Source: Alphaproteobacteria bacterium (GTDB lineage: Bacteria > Pseudomonadota > Alphaproteobacteria > JAAXGF01). From it: DNA of 64,000 nucleotides. Under the pieces are notes generated by a model, which did not search any database, was not told where the DNA came from, and saw nothing but the letters and a program-made list of their open reading frames with translations. Positions 11,093 through 21,704 of the stretch are shown in pieces. The stretch lies in NCBI GenBank assembly GCA_963555825.3, contig CAUVXB020000002.1:1056001-1120000 (forward strand). The letters run 5' to 3'. The position numbers were made by a program, and so were the translations under genes. The stretch's first letter is position 1. Each line of letters starts with the position of its first letter.

Positions 11093-12124
11093 ATGACCGA
11101 GGTTAACACGATCGGACTTGATCTTGCGAAGAACGTTTTCCAGGTTCACGGGGTCGATGTCTCAGGCGAGACCGTGATCCGCCGGCAACTGAGGCGCCGC
11201 CAGGTTGTGCCGTTCTTCAGCAAGCAGCCGGCTTGTCTGGTCGGTATCGAGGCCTGCGCGACGTCGCACCATTGGGCGCGGGAACTCGGGGCGCTTGGCC
11301 ATGAGGTGCGCATCATGCCGGCGGCTTACGTGAAGCCCTACGTCAAGCGCAACAAGAACGACGCGGCGGATGCCGAAGCGATCTGCGAAGCGGTAACGCG
11401 GCCATCGATGCGTTTCGTGGCGGTGAAGACGGCCGCGCAGCAGAGCGTGTTGATGGACCACCGGACGCGCGAACTCCTGGTTCGGCAGCGGACCATGCTG
11501 GTCAACGCGATCCGCGCGCACATGGCGGAGTTCGGGGTCGTCGCCCGGGTCGGGCTGCCGCAGGTGAAGGAACTCCTCGCGGTCATCGCTGATGAGGGCG
11601 ATGAGCGCATCCCGCCATTGGCACGAACATGCCTGGAAGGACTGGCGCGGCAGTTGCTGTCGCTGGAGCGCGAGATCACCACCACCGAGCAGCGCATTCA
11701 TGCCTGGCATCGGGCGAACCAGGTCAGCCAACGTCTGGCGACCATTCCCGGCATCGGACCGCTCACGGCGAGTGCGCTGGCGGCCTCGATCGCCGACCCT
11801 TCGGTGTTCAGATCGGGGCGTGAACTGGCGGCTTGGATCGGTCTGGTGCCCAGACAGATATCGACCGGCGGCAAGCAGCGGCTCGGCCGCATCTCAAAGG
11901 CGGGCGACCACTACCTCCGGTGGCTGCTCGTCGCCGGCGCCATGACGGTGATACGCCACGGGCGAAGATCAAACTTCGAGAAGAACCCTTGGCTGGGCGA
12001 TCTCATGGCGCGCAAATCGACCAAGCTCGCCGCCGTGGCGCTGGCCAACAAGAACGCACGAACCGCCTGGGCGCTGCTCGCCAACGGTGGAACCTACCGT
12101 CAGCCAGCAGTCACCGCCGCTTGA
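11093..12124 (+). CDS. IS110-family DEDD recombinase/transposase
   Basis: IGLDLAK, EAC, KNDAADA, TIPGIG, GLVPRQISTGG; RBS aggag. Confidence 0.95.
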   Translation: MTEVNTIGLDLAKNVFQVHGVDVSGETVIRRQLRRRQVVPFFSKQPACLVGIEACATSHHWARELGALGHEVRIMPAAYVKPYVKRNKNDAADAEAICEAVTRPSMRFVAVKTAAQQSVLMDHRTRELLVRQRTMLVNAIRAHMAEFGVVARVGLPQVKELLAVIADEGDERIPPLARTCLEGLARQLLSLEREITTTEQRIHAWHRANQVSQRLATIPGIGPLTASALAASIADPSVFRSGRELAAWIGLVPRQISTGGKQRLGRISKAGDHYLRWLLVAGAMTVIRHGRRSNFEKNPWLGDLMARKSTKLAAVALANKNARTAWALLANGGTYRQPAVTAA

Positions 12125-12137
12125 GACAGACGCCTTA

Positions 12138-13312
12138 TACCAGTGAGCCTATGAAATCACCTTCATGATCCATGGATAGGCGCAGAGGGTTCGCATACGA
12201 TCCGGTTCTGCGATGAGGTCGATCCATGCTTGGCAACAGGCGTCGATGATGGCCTCGGTGTCGTCGAGGACGCGGAGCGATAGGAAGCGTTCGCGTAGGT
12301 AGAGCCAAACCCGCTCGACGGGGTTGAGTTCGGGACTGTAAGGCGGCAACAGCGCCAAGGTGACGTTGTCGGGGACGGTGAGGGCGCGCTCGTCGTGCCA
12401 ACCGGCGCCGTCGCACATCATGACGGCGTGCGCATCCTGGTCCAGGGTATCGGCGAAGTGTGCGAGAAACAGGTCCATGACCTTGGCGTTGACGCTCGGC
12501 ATCACCAGGGTGACGTCGTCGCCGGTGTCCGGGCGCACGGCGGAGAAGATGTAGGCCCACTGGTAGCCGATTTGACGCGTCCCGGGGGCACGCTCGCCCC
12601 TGCGCCACCACCGGTGACACACCCGGCCCTTGTTGCCGACGCGCGCTTCATCCTGAAACCACAGCTGTAGGCGCTTGTCGGGATGCGCCGCGGCGGTCGC
12701 CTTCAGGATGTCGCGAAGCCCCCTTTTTTGAAGCGCTCCTGCGCTTCGGCGTCCCTTCGCGGGTGGCTCGGGCGCGCCTTCTGGCGGGAAAATCCCATCC
12801 GCCGTAGAACCCGGGTCATGCTCGAGGGGTGGTAGGTCTTGGCGAAGCGCTCCTCCAGCCAGCGGCACAGATCGGCCCGGGTCCAGGCGCAAACCCCGTC
12901 GCGCTCAGGCTCCGGCCCGGCGATGATGACCGCCGCCAGCGCCGCTTCCTCGTCTGCCGTCAGCCGCCGCGGCGAGTAGCCCTTTGGACGGTCGTGAAGC
13001 CCCTCCAATCCCTTTGCATTGTAACGAACAACCGCGTCGCGAAGCGTTTGGCGATCCATCCCCGCAAGCCGCGCGGCATCAGCCCGGGGCATCTCCTCCA
13101 AAGCATTCGCGATCCCATAGGCCCGCGCCGCCGCTCGACCGTACGATTCCACGCGAGCCCAGCGCCGAAGCTCCAAAGGCGTCAAATCATCCCGTATCTT
13201 GAGTGCTGATCCCATGACATCCCCCACATCTGGTGGGAGACCATAGAATCACAATCCGCCATCATCCGCCATCAATGAATATCCCGAGAGTCAATTCAGG
13301 CGCTCACTGGTA
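12138..13312 (-). mobile_element. IS630-family element type A, copy 1 (1175 bp)
   Basis: TIR taccagtgagc/gctcactggta with TTA flanks. OrfA HTH (12703-13227) and OrfB DDE (FQDEARVG, DGAGWH, PYSPELNPVE) overlap at a slippery AAAAAAG near 12725. Confidence 0.93.
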
Positions 13313-13315
13313 TTA

Positions 13316-13550
13316 AACCCTTTGGCAGGGTGATCGTGAGGTAATGCAAGACCGGTCGAATACCGGGGATCGGAGAAACCCGTCATGGCTAGGGAGCCTC
13401 GAGCTCGTGGGTTTAGTTGGGACCCGATCCCGCGGATCGCATTAGGGCCAGCGGTCAAGAGCACCGCATCAACAGGCCGGACACATAGCCGCACCCGACC
13501 AACTTGCATGACCGTCAAAACAACCCTTGCCAAATCGGGGCCGTCCACAC
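13316..13550 (+). ncRNA. Putative IS1111 bridge/seek RNA region
   Basis: Non-coding right end. catggcta (13384-13391) is the reverse complement of the right flank tagccatg; acacata (13481-13487) and catta (13440-13444) match the predicted donor junction. Confidence 0.65.
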
Positions 13551-13657
13551 ATAGCCATGGGGGGTTATTCGGACGCACGCTAGATCTCCGATATTTCCCA
13601 AAATCAGGTTTGCGAGAGAGGCAACGGCTTCCATCGCTGGGATTGTTGCACCAACCC

Positions 13658-16600
13658 TCAAGTCAGGTCGTCGAGCAGGGCCTTAGCCTCTTTCAGATCG
13701 GTGGTGTCGAAGCCCTCGGTGAACCAGTCGTAGACCGGCGCGAGAAGGTCGCGGGCCTCCGACCGCTTGCCCTCGCCTTGCCACAGGCGCGCGAGGCCCA
13801 TAGCGGCGCGCAGCTCCAAGGACCTGGCGCTCTGGCCGAGGGCGATCTCGATGGCCTGCTTGAAGCAGGCTTCGGCCTCGCCGCCGTTGCCGTCCGAAAG
13901 CGACAGCAGCAGCACGCCCTTGAGGCGGTGAAGCTCGGCGTCCCAGAAGACAATTCCGTTGTCCTTGCTGGCGTCGAAGGCGTTCGCGAGGACCGTCATG
14001 CCCTCATCGGCCTGACCGGCCTGTGCGAGCAAATCGATGTAATAGCCCAGTGCATGGGGTTTTTCGTACGCGCGTCCCACCGCCCGCCAGGCCGCGAGCC
14101 CCTCGCGGATGCTGGCAATCGCTTCCTCGAGCCGGCCGCCACCGACCGCGGCCCAGCCATCGACGAACGCCGAGGTCGCGTGTTCCTGGGGGAAGCCATG
14201 CTCGCGCGTGATTTCGACGACCGCCTCGCCCAGCTCCTTCGCCATGTCGACCTCGCGGCGCAACTGGTAGGTCAGCGCGCCCTGCTCGAGGGCCAGCCCC
14301 AGGCTATGTGGATGGTGGATTCTGTGGGCAAGCTCGATTGCCTCGCCAACATGGGCGGCCGCCTGATCGGGATAGCCGAGCGCCCAGAGCGAATGAGCGG
14401 CGGTCGCGTGGCCGCAGACGCAGGGGTCATGCCCGCCGAACCGGAAGGTCTGAGCGTGGTGACGGCGAGCATCGTAGACCGCGATGGCTTGGCTCGTATG
14501 GTCTCGGCATGCGGCGAACTCGCCCAGGTAGAACCGGGTGGTCCATTGTGAGTGATGGGCCTGAAGGGAATATGCCGCGTCGTCCCGCCGTTGCGCCAGG
14601 TCGGACAACTCGTCGGCCAGCGCGAGCGCGCTCGGAATATCGCCGATAACGGTCCTGTATCGCCAAAGTCCCCACAGGGCGGCGAAGCGGTCCGCCGGCT
14701 CGCCGACGTCCCGGCACAGTGCGCGGGCCCGCGTATATGCGCGTTCCACCTCGGGTGCGCCGTCCCAATCAACCGACATGATTCCGACGCCAAGACCGAG
14801 CTGAATGGCGAGTTCCTGCCGCGCCCGGTCAGGCGTTTCGGGCAGGTCCTCTAGAAGCTCTAGTCCCCTGGTCAGGCTGCCCACCGCCTCGGCGTTCGCC
14901 AAGCGCTCGATGGCGCGCTGACCGGCACGCTGCCAATAGTCCACCGCCTGCTCGGTAAGGCCCGCCTCGGTGTAGTGATGGGCTAGTCGCTCGAACTGTT
15001 CGCCCGGGCGGCTGACGGACGCCGCCTCGATGTGCTCGGCGATGGCCTGGTGGAGCTTGCGGCGGCGCTCCCCAAGCAGACTGCCGTAGGCGACTTCGTA
15101 GGTCAGCGCGTGCTTGAAGGTGTATTCCGGGTCGGGGAACAGCCGCGTCTCGTAAACGAACTCGGCCGTCTGCAGTTCGCTCAACCCGCGCCGCAGCTCC
15201 TCCTCGGGCGTCTCGGCGATGGCCAGTAGCAGGTCGTAGGGCACGTCCTTGCCGATCACCGCCGCGGTCTGAAGCAGCCGCTTGTTGTCGGCCGGCAGGC
15301 GGTCGATGCGCGCCGCCAGAACGCCCTGCACTGTCGCCGGTACTTCGACAGTGGCGGCCTCGTCCGTCAGTTGGTAGGCCCCCGGCGCGCCGCTGAGTAT
15401 CCCCGCCTCGACCAGGGTGCGCACGCTCTCCTCGAGGAAGAACGGGTTGCCCGCGGTGCGCTCGATCAGGGTCTCCCTGAGCGGCGCCAGCGCGGCGTCC
15501 TCGCCCAGCATGGCCACCAGCAGCTCGTCGGCGCTTTCCGCCGGCAGCGGGTCGATGCGGCGCTGGCTGTAGAACGTCTTGCTGCCCCAGCCGTGGCTGT
15601 ATTCGGGACGGTAGTTGGCGAGCAGCAGAATGCGCGACGCCGGCAGGCTCTCGACCAGGCTGTCGAGGAACACCTGGGTCTCGCCGTCGATCCAGTGCAG
15701 GTCCTCGAAGACCACGGCCAAGGGCTGCACGGCGCTCTCCCTGAGCAGCAGGGTCTTGACCGCGTCCAGCGTCCGGCGCCGGTGCTGGGAGGGATCGAGC
15801 GCCTGCCAGGCCTCATCGTCCACGGCGACGTCGAACAGGGTGAGGAAGGGCGTAAGCAGCGGCTTCAGGCCCTCGTCCAGGGTCAGCAGCTTGCCGGTGA
15901 CCTTCTCGCGAATCTGCCGGGCGTCGTCGCGGCCCTCGATGCGGAAGTAGGCCTTGAGCAGGTCGATGATCGGCAGATAGGCCGTCGCCTTGCCGTAGGA
16001 CACCGAACCGCTTTCCAGGACCAGCCAGCCCTCGGTTCGGTGGGAATGGGTGAACTCGTAGAACAGGCGCGACTTGCCGACACCGGCCTCGCCGATCACG
16101 GCGACGATCTGGCCGTCGCCGCCGCCGGCCCGGTCGAGCGCCCGCCCCAGGGCCTCGATTTCGGTCTGGCGCCCGATGAACCGGCTGAGCCCGCGCGCCA
16201 AGGCGGCCTGGAAGCGCGTCCGCACGGTCGTCGCGCCGGTCAGCTCGAAGACCTCGATGGGCGCCTCCAGCCCCTTGACCGGGATCGGACCGAGCCCGTT
16301 CACCTGAACGAACCCCTCGGCGAGCTGCAGCGTATCGCCGGTAATCCGGATGGTGCCGGGAACCGCGAGCTGTTCCATCCGGCCCGCGAGATGCGTCGTC
16401 TCGCCGATGGCGTCGTAGTCCATCGTCAGGTCGTTGCCGATGGCCCGCACCACCACCTCGCCCGAGTTGAGCCCGACCCGGACTTGCATTTCGACGCCGT
16501 GCGTCCGGCGAACCTCTTCGGCGCTGCGGTGGATGGCGTCCTGCATGGCGAGCGCGGCGTAGCATGCGCGCACTGCGTGGTCCTCGTGGGCCAGTGGCGC

Positions 16601-17038
16601 GCCGAACAGTGCCATGATGCCGTCGCCCAGCACCTTATTGACCGTGCCTTCGTAGCGGTGCACCGCCTCCATCATGGTGCGGATCGCCGAATCGAGCAGC
16701 TCATGGACGCGTTCGGGGTCGCTACCCCGGATCAGCTCGAGCGAACCCTGGATGTCGGCGAACAGCACGGTGACCTGCTTGCGCTCACCCTCGACTGCAT
16801 CCCGGGCGGTGCGGATGCGGTCGGCAAGGTGCTGGGGCGTGTAGGACTGGGGCGCGGCGAAACTGGCCCGGCCGGTCGGCTCGGCCCCGGCGAGCTCGGT
16901 GCCGCAGTCGCCGCAGAACCGTGAATTGGAAGGGTTGGCATGGCCGCAGGACGGACAGGTCTTGTCGAGGGGCGCGCCGCAACCCCCGCAGAACCGATTA
17001 TCGTCCGGGTTCTCGAACTGGCACCTGGGACACTCCAA
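13658..17038 (-). CDS. Double zinc ribbon + class III adenylate/guanylate cyclase + AAA/STAND ATPase + TPR protein
   Basis: Four CxxC motifs, TVLFADIQGS, GDGIMALFG, GEAGVGKS, FEDLHW, GNPFF, helical C-terminus. Start codon uncertain. Confidence 0.9.
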   Translation of the reverse strand: MECPRCQFENPDDNRFCGGCGAPLDKTCPSCGHANPSNSRFCGDCGTELAGAEPTGRASFAAPQSYTPQHLADRIRTARDAVEGERKQVTVLFADIQGSLELIRGSDPERVHELLDSAIRTMMEAVHRYEGTVNKVLGDGIMALFGAPLAHEDHAVRACYAALAMQDAIHRSAEEVRRTHGVEMQVRVGLNSGEVVVRAIGNDLTMDYDAIGETTHLAGRMEQLAVPGTIRITGDTLQLAEGFVQVNGLGPIPVKGLEAPIEVFELTGATTVRTRFQAALARGLSRFIGRQTEIEALGRALDRAGGGDGQIVAVIGEAGVGKSRLFYEFTHSHRTEGWLVLESGSVSYGKATAYLPIIDLLKAYFRIEGRDDARQIREKVTGKLLTLDEGLKPLLTPFLTLFDVAVDDEAWQALDPSQHRRRTLDAVKTLLLRESAVQPLAVVFEDLHWIDGETQVFLDSLVESLPASRILLLANYRPEYSHGWGSKTFYSQRRIDPLPAESADELLVAMLGEDAALAPLRETLIERTAGNPFFLEESVRTLVEAGILSGAPGAYQLTDEAATVEVPATVQGVLAARIDRLPADNKRLLQTAAVIGKDVPYDLLLAIAETPEEELRRGLSELQTAEFVYETRLFPDPEYTFKHALTYEVAYGSLLGERRRKLHQAIAEHIEAASVSRPGEQFERLAHHYTEAGLTEQAVDYWQRAGQRAIERLANAEAVGSLTRGLELLEDLPETPDRARQELAIQLGLGVGIMSVDWDGAPEVERAYTRARALCRDVGEPADRFAALWGLWRYRTVIGDIPSALALADELSDLAQRRDDAAYSLQAHHSQWTTRFYLGEFAACRDHTSQAIAVYDARRHHAQTFRFGGHDPCVCGHATAAHSLWALGYPDQAAAHVGEAIELAHRIHHPHSLGLALEQGALTYQLRREVDMAKELGEAVVEITREHGFPQEHATSAFVDGWAAVGGGRLEEAIASIREGLAAWRAVGRAYEKPHALGYYIDLLAQAGQADEGMTVLANAFDASKDNGIVFWDAELHRLKGVLLLSLSDGNGGEAEACFKQAIEIALGQSARSLELRAAMGLARLWQGEGKRSEARDLLAPVYDWFTEGFDTTDLKEAKALLDDLT

Positions 17039-17443
17039 AGCCGCCGTTCCCCGCTCCTTTTGGTTGTTGCGGCAAGGGTGCACCAAAAGCGATGTACTGG
17101 CTAGGGCGCATGCCCCAAGCGGCTTGGGCCTATCAATCCATTGGACGAGTGATCTAATACGCTCGACAGCGACGGCGCCTAATCAACTCGGATTCGGACG
17201 TCGAAAGTCGTCGTTGGTGACGCGCACCTGTCAGTCTGCTCTATCAGGCAAAACTCCGCTTCGGGTCTACCATCGAAATTCAACAGCGGCTGTGCCGATG
17301 ACCGCGCGCCAACGTCTGATGTCGCACGCAACGCAAACATAATCCGCTAAAAGGCCGACGTTCCGGGCGTTGTTTCGACTGAATTTCAAACTGAGACACT
17401 ACACCGTGCCGGATCCGGCATCGGCGCCACGGCGCGGGCCGCG

Positions 17444-17938
17444 TCAGTCGGCGGCTCGGACCATCGCCTCGGGCCGCGCCGGCACCATGACCACGGCGTC
17501 GCCGTCGACCACGACGGTCGCGCCGACCGTGCAGATGGTCTCGAGCATGACGCGACGCCGCTCGGGCGCCAGTTCGGTGATCGTCGCCCGCGCGCGCACC
17601 GTGTCGCCGGCGCGCACCGGCGCCTTGAACTTGCAGTTCTGGGTAATGTAGATGCAGCCCGGGCCGGGCAGCTTGGTGCCGATCACCGTCGAGAGGAAAC
17701 TCGCCGACAGCATGCCGTGGGCGATCGGCCCGCCGAACATGGTGGTCCGCGCGTATTCGTGATCGAGATGCAGCGGATTGGTGTCGCCCGAGATCGCGCA
17801 GAACATATTGATGTCCGATTCGGTGACGGTCTTGGAATAGACCGCGGTCATGCCGATCGCCAGGTCCTCGAAGGCGTAACCCTCGTATTCGGAGACGTCG
17901 AGGGTCGCGGTAACGGCGTGTTGCGAACTGTCAGGCAT
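17444..17938 (-). CDS. MaoC/PhaJ-type (R)-enoyl-CoA hydratase
   Basis: SGDTNPLHLD, IAHGML, FKAPVRAGD. Confidence 0.9.
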   Translation of the reverse strand: MPDSSQHAVTATLDVSEYEGYAFEDLAIGMTAVYSKTVTESDINMFCAISGDTNPLHLDHEYARTTMFGGPIAHGMLSASFLSTVIGTKLPGPGCIYITQNCKFKAPVRAGDTVRARATITELAPERRRVMLETICTVGATVVVDGDAVVMVPARPEAMVRAAD

Positions 17939-17972
17939 CAAAGGTTCCTACTCGAATTTTTTATTCAGATTG

Positions 17973-18061
17973 TGCAACGCACCATAGACGGGGCGGTATT
18001 CTGTCACAAGTCCATTTGGCACAAACGAAAACTTCATGCCGCACCGCATCCTTGCGTTGCA
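17973..18061. promoter_or_regulatory. Two TGC-N3-GCA palindromes, possible PhaR sites
   Basis: tgcaacgca (17973-17981) and tgcgttgca (18053-18061) upstream of the phaJ-like gene. The motif is short. Confidence 0.4.
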
Positions 18062-18109
18062 GCAAGAGGCGCCTTGACGCGGCCGCGCCGGGCCGCGAAG
18101 CTCGCGGTC

Positions 18110-18565
18110 ATGAGCGGATCGGCCGATAGCTTGATGGACGCCGCGCTGGCCGAGGCCCGCGCCGCGGCGGCGCGCGGCGAGGTGCCGGTCGGCGCGGTCG
18201 TCGTCGAGGCGGCGACCGGCGCGGTGCTGGCGGCGGCCGGCAATCGCGTCGAGGAGCTCGGCGACGCGACCGCGCATGCCGAGATGCTGGCGCTGCGCGC
18301 GGCGTCGGTCGGGCGCGGCCCGCGGCTCACCGGTTGCGATCTCTACGTCACGCTCGAGCCCTGCCCGATGTGCGCCCAGGCGATCTCGCTGGCGCGCATC
18401 CGCCGGCTCTACTTCGGCGCCGCCGATCCGAAGAGTGGCGGCGTCGAGCACGGCCAGCGCATCTTCGCGCAAGCCACATGCCACCACGCGCCCGAGGTCT
18501 ACGGCGGCATCGCCGAACGCGACGCCGGCGCGTTGCTCAAGACGTTCTTCGCCGCGCGGCGATAA
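18110..18565 (+). CDS. tadA: tRNA adenosine deaminase
   Basis: EVPVGAV, HAE, EPCPMC. Confidence 0.9.
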   Translation: MSGSADSLMDAALAEARAAAARGEVPVGAVVVEAATGAVLAAAGNRVEELGDATAHAEMLALRAASVGRGPRLTGCDLYVTLEPCPMCAQAISLARIRRLYFGAADPKSGGVEHGQRIFAQATCHHAPEVYGGIAERDAGALLKTFFAARR

Positions 18566-18572
18566 CCTATTG

Positions 18573-18730
18573 TCCGGTCACATTTGGTGACCTGCGCTCA
18601 ATCGCCGCGCATGCCAATCTTTATCCCACAAGGCCATTCTTGATCCCACAAGGACTGGCCGAACGGTCGGCGGCCCGCAGTCGCGGGCTGAAGTAGTTCG
18701 ATCGACCTCATCGATCGCATTATGCTCTAG
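18573..18730 (+). repeat. Structured intergenic repeat, copy A of 4
   Basis: Shares cggtcac..gtgacc tgcgctcaatcgccgcgcatgc ... gccgaacggtcggcgg ... gtcgcgggctg with the other copies. Confidence 0.85.
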
Positions 18731-19911
18731 TGTCCCGATTCCGAAGTTCGCATGATTTTCGCCTGCTGTTCAGCGATTTCGATTGTTCGGAGGCAGAAGC
18801 GCTGGATGGCGCCGAGGATGTCATCGGCGGATTTGGTCCATTTGAAGGGTTTGGGGTTCTGGTTTGTCGTGTCGATGTAGTCGAGGATGGTGCGCTCCAA
18901 CTCCTTGGTGGAGCGATGGACGCCGCGCCTGATCTGCTTGTCGGTCAGCAGCCCGAACCAGCGCTCGACCTGGTTCAGCCAGGAGGCGCTGGTGGGTGTG
19001 AAATGGGCCTGCCAGCGCGGCCGTTTGGCGAACCAGTCGCGGATCGCCTTGGTCTTGTGGGTCCCGTAGTTGTCCATGACGATGTGGATGTCGAGATCAG
19101 CAGGGACGTTCGCCTCGACGAGGTCGAGGAATTTGCGGAACTCTCGGGCCCGATGGCGCGGGAAACATTTGCCGATGATCTCTCCCGTGGCGATGTCGAG
19201 GGCCGCGAAGAGAGAGGTCGTGCCGTGGCGCTTGTAGTCGTGGCTGCGCCGCTCCGCCTGCCCGGGGCGCATCGGCAAGAGGGGCTGGGAACGGTCCAGG
19301 GCCTGGATCTGGCTCTTTTCGTCGACACAGAGAACCAGGGCACGATCCGGCGGCGCCAAATACAGACCGACGATGTCGCGGACCTTCTCCACGAAGAAGG
19401 GATCGCTCGACAGCTTGAAGGTCTCCGAGCGATGCGGCTGCAAGCCGAAGGCCCGCCAGATGCGATGAATGGTCGAGGGCGCGTGGCCGCTCGCCCGCGC
19501 CATCGAGCGAAGGCTCCAATGGGTCGCGTCCGGCGGCGTCTCTTCCAGCGTCAGCCGGACCGCTTCCGCGATGGCGTCATCGCCGATTTGACGCGGCGCG
19601 CCGGGGCGGGGTTCGTCGTACAGACCGTCGAGGCCCTCCGCCGCATAGCGGCGACGCCACTTGCCCACGGTGTCCGCGCTCGCCTCGAGACGAACGGCGA
19701 TCTCCTTGTTCTCCAACCCTTCCGCCGCCGCCAAGACGATCCGAGCCCGCCGCGCAAGCCCCTGCGACGTCTTGCGACGACGAGACAGCGCCTCCAATTC
19801 GGCGCGCTCGTCATCGCTCAAAGAGATCGTCACCGCCACTCTCGCCATCAATCGCGCCTCCTAAAAACAAATAGAGACATAATCATATCAATTTATCGAT
19901 CAGGACACTAG
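18727..19911 (-). mobile_element. IS630-family element type B, copy 1; intact transposase 18727-19848
   Basis: ctagtgtcc / ggacactag ends; [22 protein letters not shown]. Confidence 0.93.
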
Positions 19912-19940
19912 ATCCCCAGACAACAAACCAGGAGCCCGCC

Positions 19941-20231
19941 ATGTTGTTCATGGTCGTCGAGACCTTCCGCAACCAGGACGCCAAGGCGGTCTACCGCCGC
20001 TTTCGCGACAAGGGCCGCATGACGCCCGACGGGCTGAGTTTCATCGACAGCTGGGTCAGCGCCGATCTCGACCGCTGTTTTCAGGTGATGGAATGCGACG
20101 ACGTCGCCGTGCTGCAGCGCTGGACCACCGAATGGTCGGACTTGGTCGATTTCGAGATCGTCCCCGTCCTGCCCGGCGCCGAGACCGCCAAGGCGCTCGC
20201 CGGCCAGCTCGACGGGCCGACGGAGGGTTAG
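19941..20231 (+). CDS. DUF3303-like small protein
   Basis: MLFMVVETF...RCFQVMEC...[12 protein letters not shown]; RBS ggag. Confidence 0.7.
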   Translation: MLFMVVETFRNQDAKAVYRRFRDKGRMTPDGLSFIDSWVSADLDRCFQVMECDDVAVLQRWTTEWSDLVDFEIVPVLPGAETAKALAGQLDGPTEG

Positions 20232-21493
20232 CCCCCGACCACACGCCAGGCGATGTCGCGGCGGCAGAAGCCGCCCGGCCAGTCGATCGCGTCGACCGCG
20301 GCGTAAGCCTGCGCCTGCGCCTCGGCGATCGAGGGCGCGGTCGCGGTGACGCCGAGCACACGGCCACCCGTGGCGGTGATATCGCCGTCCACCGCCGTGG
20401 TACCGGCATGGAAGACGGTGACGCCGTCGAGCGCACCCGCCGCGTCGAGCCCGCCGATCACCGAGCCCTTGTCGTAGGCGCCCGGATAGCCTTGTGCCGC
20501 CATCACGACGCAGACGCAGGCCGCGTCGAGCCAACGCAGGGTGAACTTGTCGAGCACGCCGTCGCGCGCGGCGACCAGCGCGGGCAGCAGGTCGGACATC
20601 AGGCGCGGCATCAGGACCTGGGTCTCGGGGTCGCCGAAGCGGACGTTGAACTCGATCACCTTGGGGCCGTCGGCGGTCATCATCAGCCCGCAGTAGAGCA
20701 CGCCCTTGTACGGCGTCCCCTCGGCCGCCATGGCGGCGACGGTCGGGCGCACGATGCGCGCCATGATCTCGCCGGCGGCGGCCTCGTCGACCACCGGCGC
20801 TGGCGAGTACGCCCCCATGCCGCCGGTGTTGGGGCCGGTGTCGCCCTCGCCGACGCGCTTGTGGTCCTGCGCGGCGGCGAGCGGCAGCGCGGTTTCGCCG
20901 TCGACCAGCGCGAAGAAGCTCGCCTCCTCGCCGGTCAGGCATTCCTCGACGACCAGCTCGGACGCCGCGGCGCCGAAGCCAGAGATGAGCGCGTCGACCG
21001 CGTCGCAGGCCGCCTCGACGGTCTCGGCGACGACGACGCCCTTGCCGGCGGCCAAGCCGTCGGCCTTGACGACGATCGGCGCGCCTTGAGCACGGACATA
21101 GGCCTTGGCCGCTTGCGCGTCGGTGAAGCGCGCGTAGGCCGCGGTCGGGATGCCGTATTTGGCGCAGATGTCGTTGGCGAAGCCTTTCGAGCCCTCGAGC
21201 CTGGCGGCCGCCGCGCGCGGCCCGAAGGTGGCGATGCCGGCGGCCTCGAGCCGGTCGGCGAGGCCGGCGCAGAGTGGCGCCTCGGGGCCGACGACGACGA
21301 AATCGATGGCGTGCTCGGCGCAGGCCGCGATGATGCCGTCGATGTCGTCGGCGCCGACCGCCAGGCAGGTCGCCTCGGCCGCGATGCCCGCGTTGCCCGG
21401 CGCGCAATAGAGCGCGTCACACAGCGGCGAGGCGGCGAGCGCCCAACACAGCGCGTGCTCGCGACCACCCGAACCGACCACCAGAACCCGCAT
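20228..21493 (-). CDS. purD: Phosphoribosylamine--glycine ligase
   Basis: [38 protein letters not shown]. Confidence 0.97.
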   Translation of the reverse strand: MRVLVVGSGGREHALCWALAASPLCDALYCAPGNAGIAAEATCLAVGADDIDGIIAACAEHAIDFVVVGPEAPLCAGLADRLEAAGIATFGPRAAAARLEGSKGFANDICAKYGIPTAAYARFTDAQAAKAYVRAQGAPIVVKADGLAAGKGVVVAETVEAACDAVDALISGFGAAASELVVEECLTGEEASFFALVDGETALPLAAAQDHKRVGEGDTGPNTGGMGAYSPAPVVDEAAAGEIMARIVRPTVAAMAAEGTPYKGVLYCGLMMTADGPKVIEFNVRFGDPETQVLMPRLMSDLLPALVAARDGVLDKFTLRWLDAACVCVVMAAQGYPGAYDKGSVIGGLDAAGALDGVTVFHAGTTAVDGDITATGGRVLGVTATAPSIAEAQAQAYAAVDAIDWPGGFCRRDIAWRVVGG

Positions 21494-21510
21494 CGCGTTT
21501 GCTCCTTGGT

Positions 21511-21636
21511 TCCGGTCACCTTTGCTGCGCAAAGATGACCTGCGCTCAATCGCCGCGCATGCTTCCGCCGAACGGTCGGCGGCCCGCGGTCGCGGGCTGG
21601 CAGAATGCGACCGAGCCCGATCGGAAAACGCGCCAG
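21511..21636 (+). repeat. Structured intergenic repeat, copy B
   Basis: Same core as copy A with an internal deletion; lies between divergent purD and xseA. Confidence 0.8.
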
Positions 21637-21704
21637 GCGCTCTGGCGCGATTGTTTCCGCGTCGGCATCTTGTAACATAGCGGCATGGGAAACCAAGCCT
21701 CGCC

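Larger units (their letters stand above)
11010..13553 (+). mobile_element. IS110-family, IS1111-group element, interrupted by IS630
   Basis: 12-bp sub-terminal IR gtggacggcccc (11019-11030) / ggggccgtccac (13537-13548); TATAAT at the left end; long non-coding right end; TA core at both ends. Confidence 0.85.
10902..17401. mobile_element. Transposase-less TIR-bounded cargo element holding the nested IS110/IS630 and the cyclase gene
   Basis: Inverted ends tagtgtttccgtttgaaa (10902) / tttcaaactgagacacta (to 17401); direct repeat ccgtgccggat at 10892-10902 and 17404-17414. Confidence 0.6.

Noticed and set aside
12715-12735. Frameshift in the IS630-A transposase read as a pseudogene
   Set aside because: It is identical in both copies and lies at an AAAAAAG slippery site, the usual programmed frameshift.
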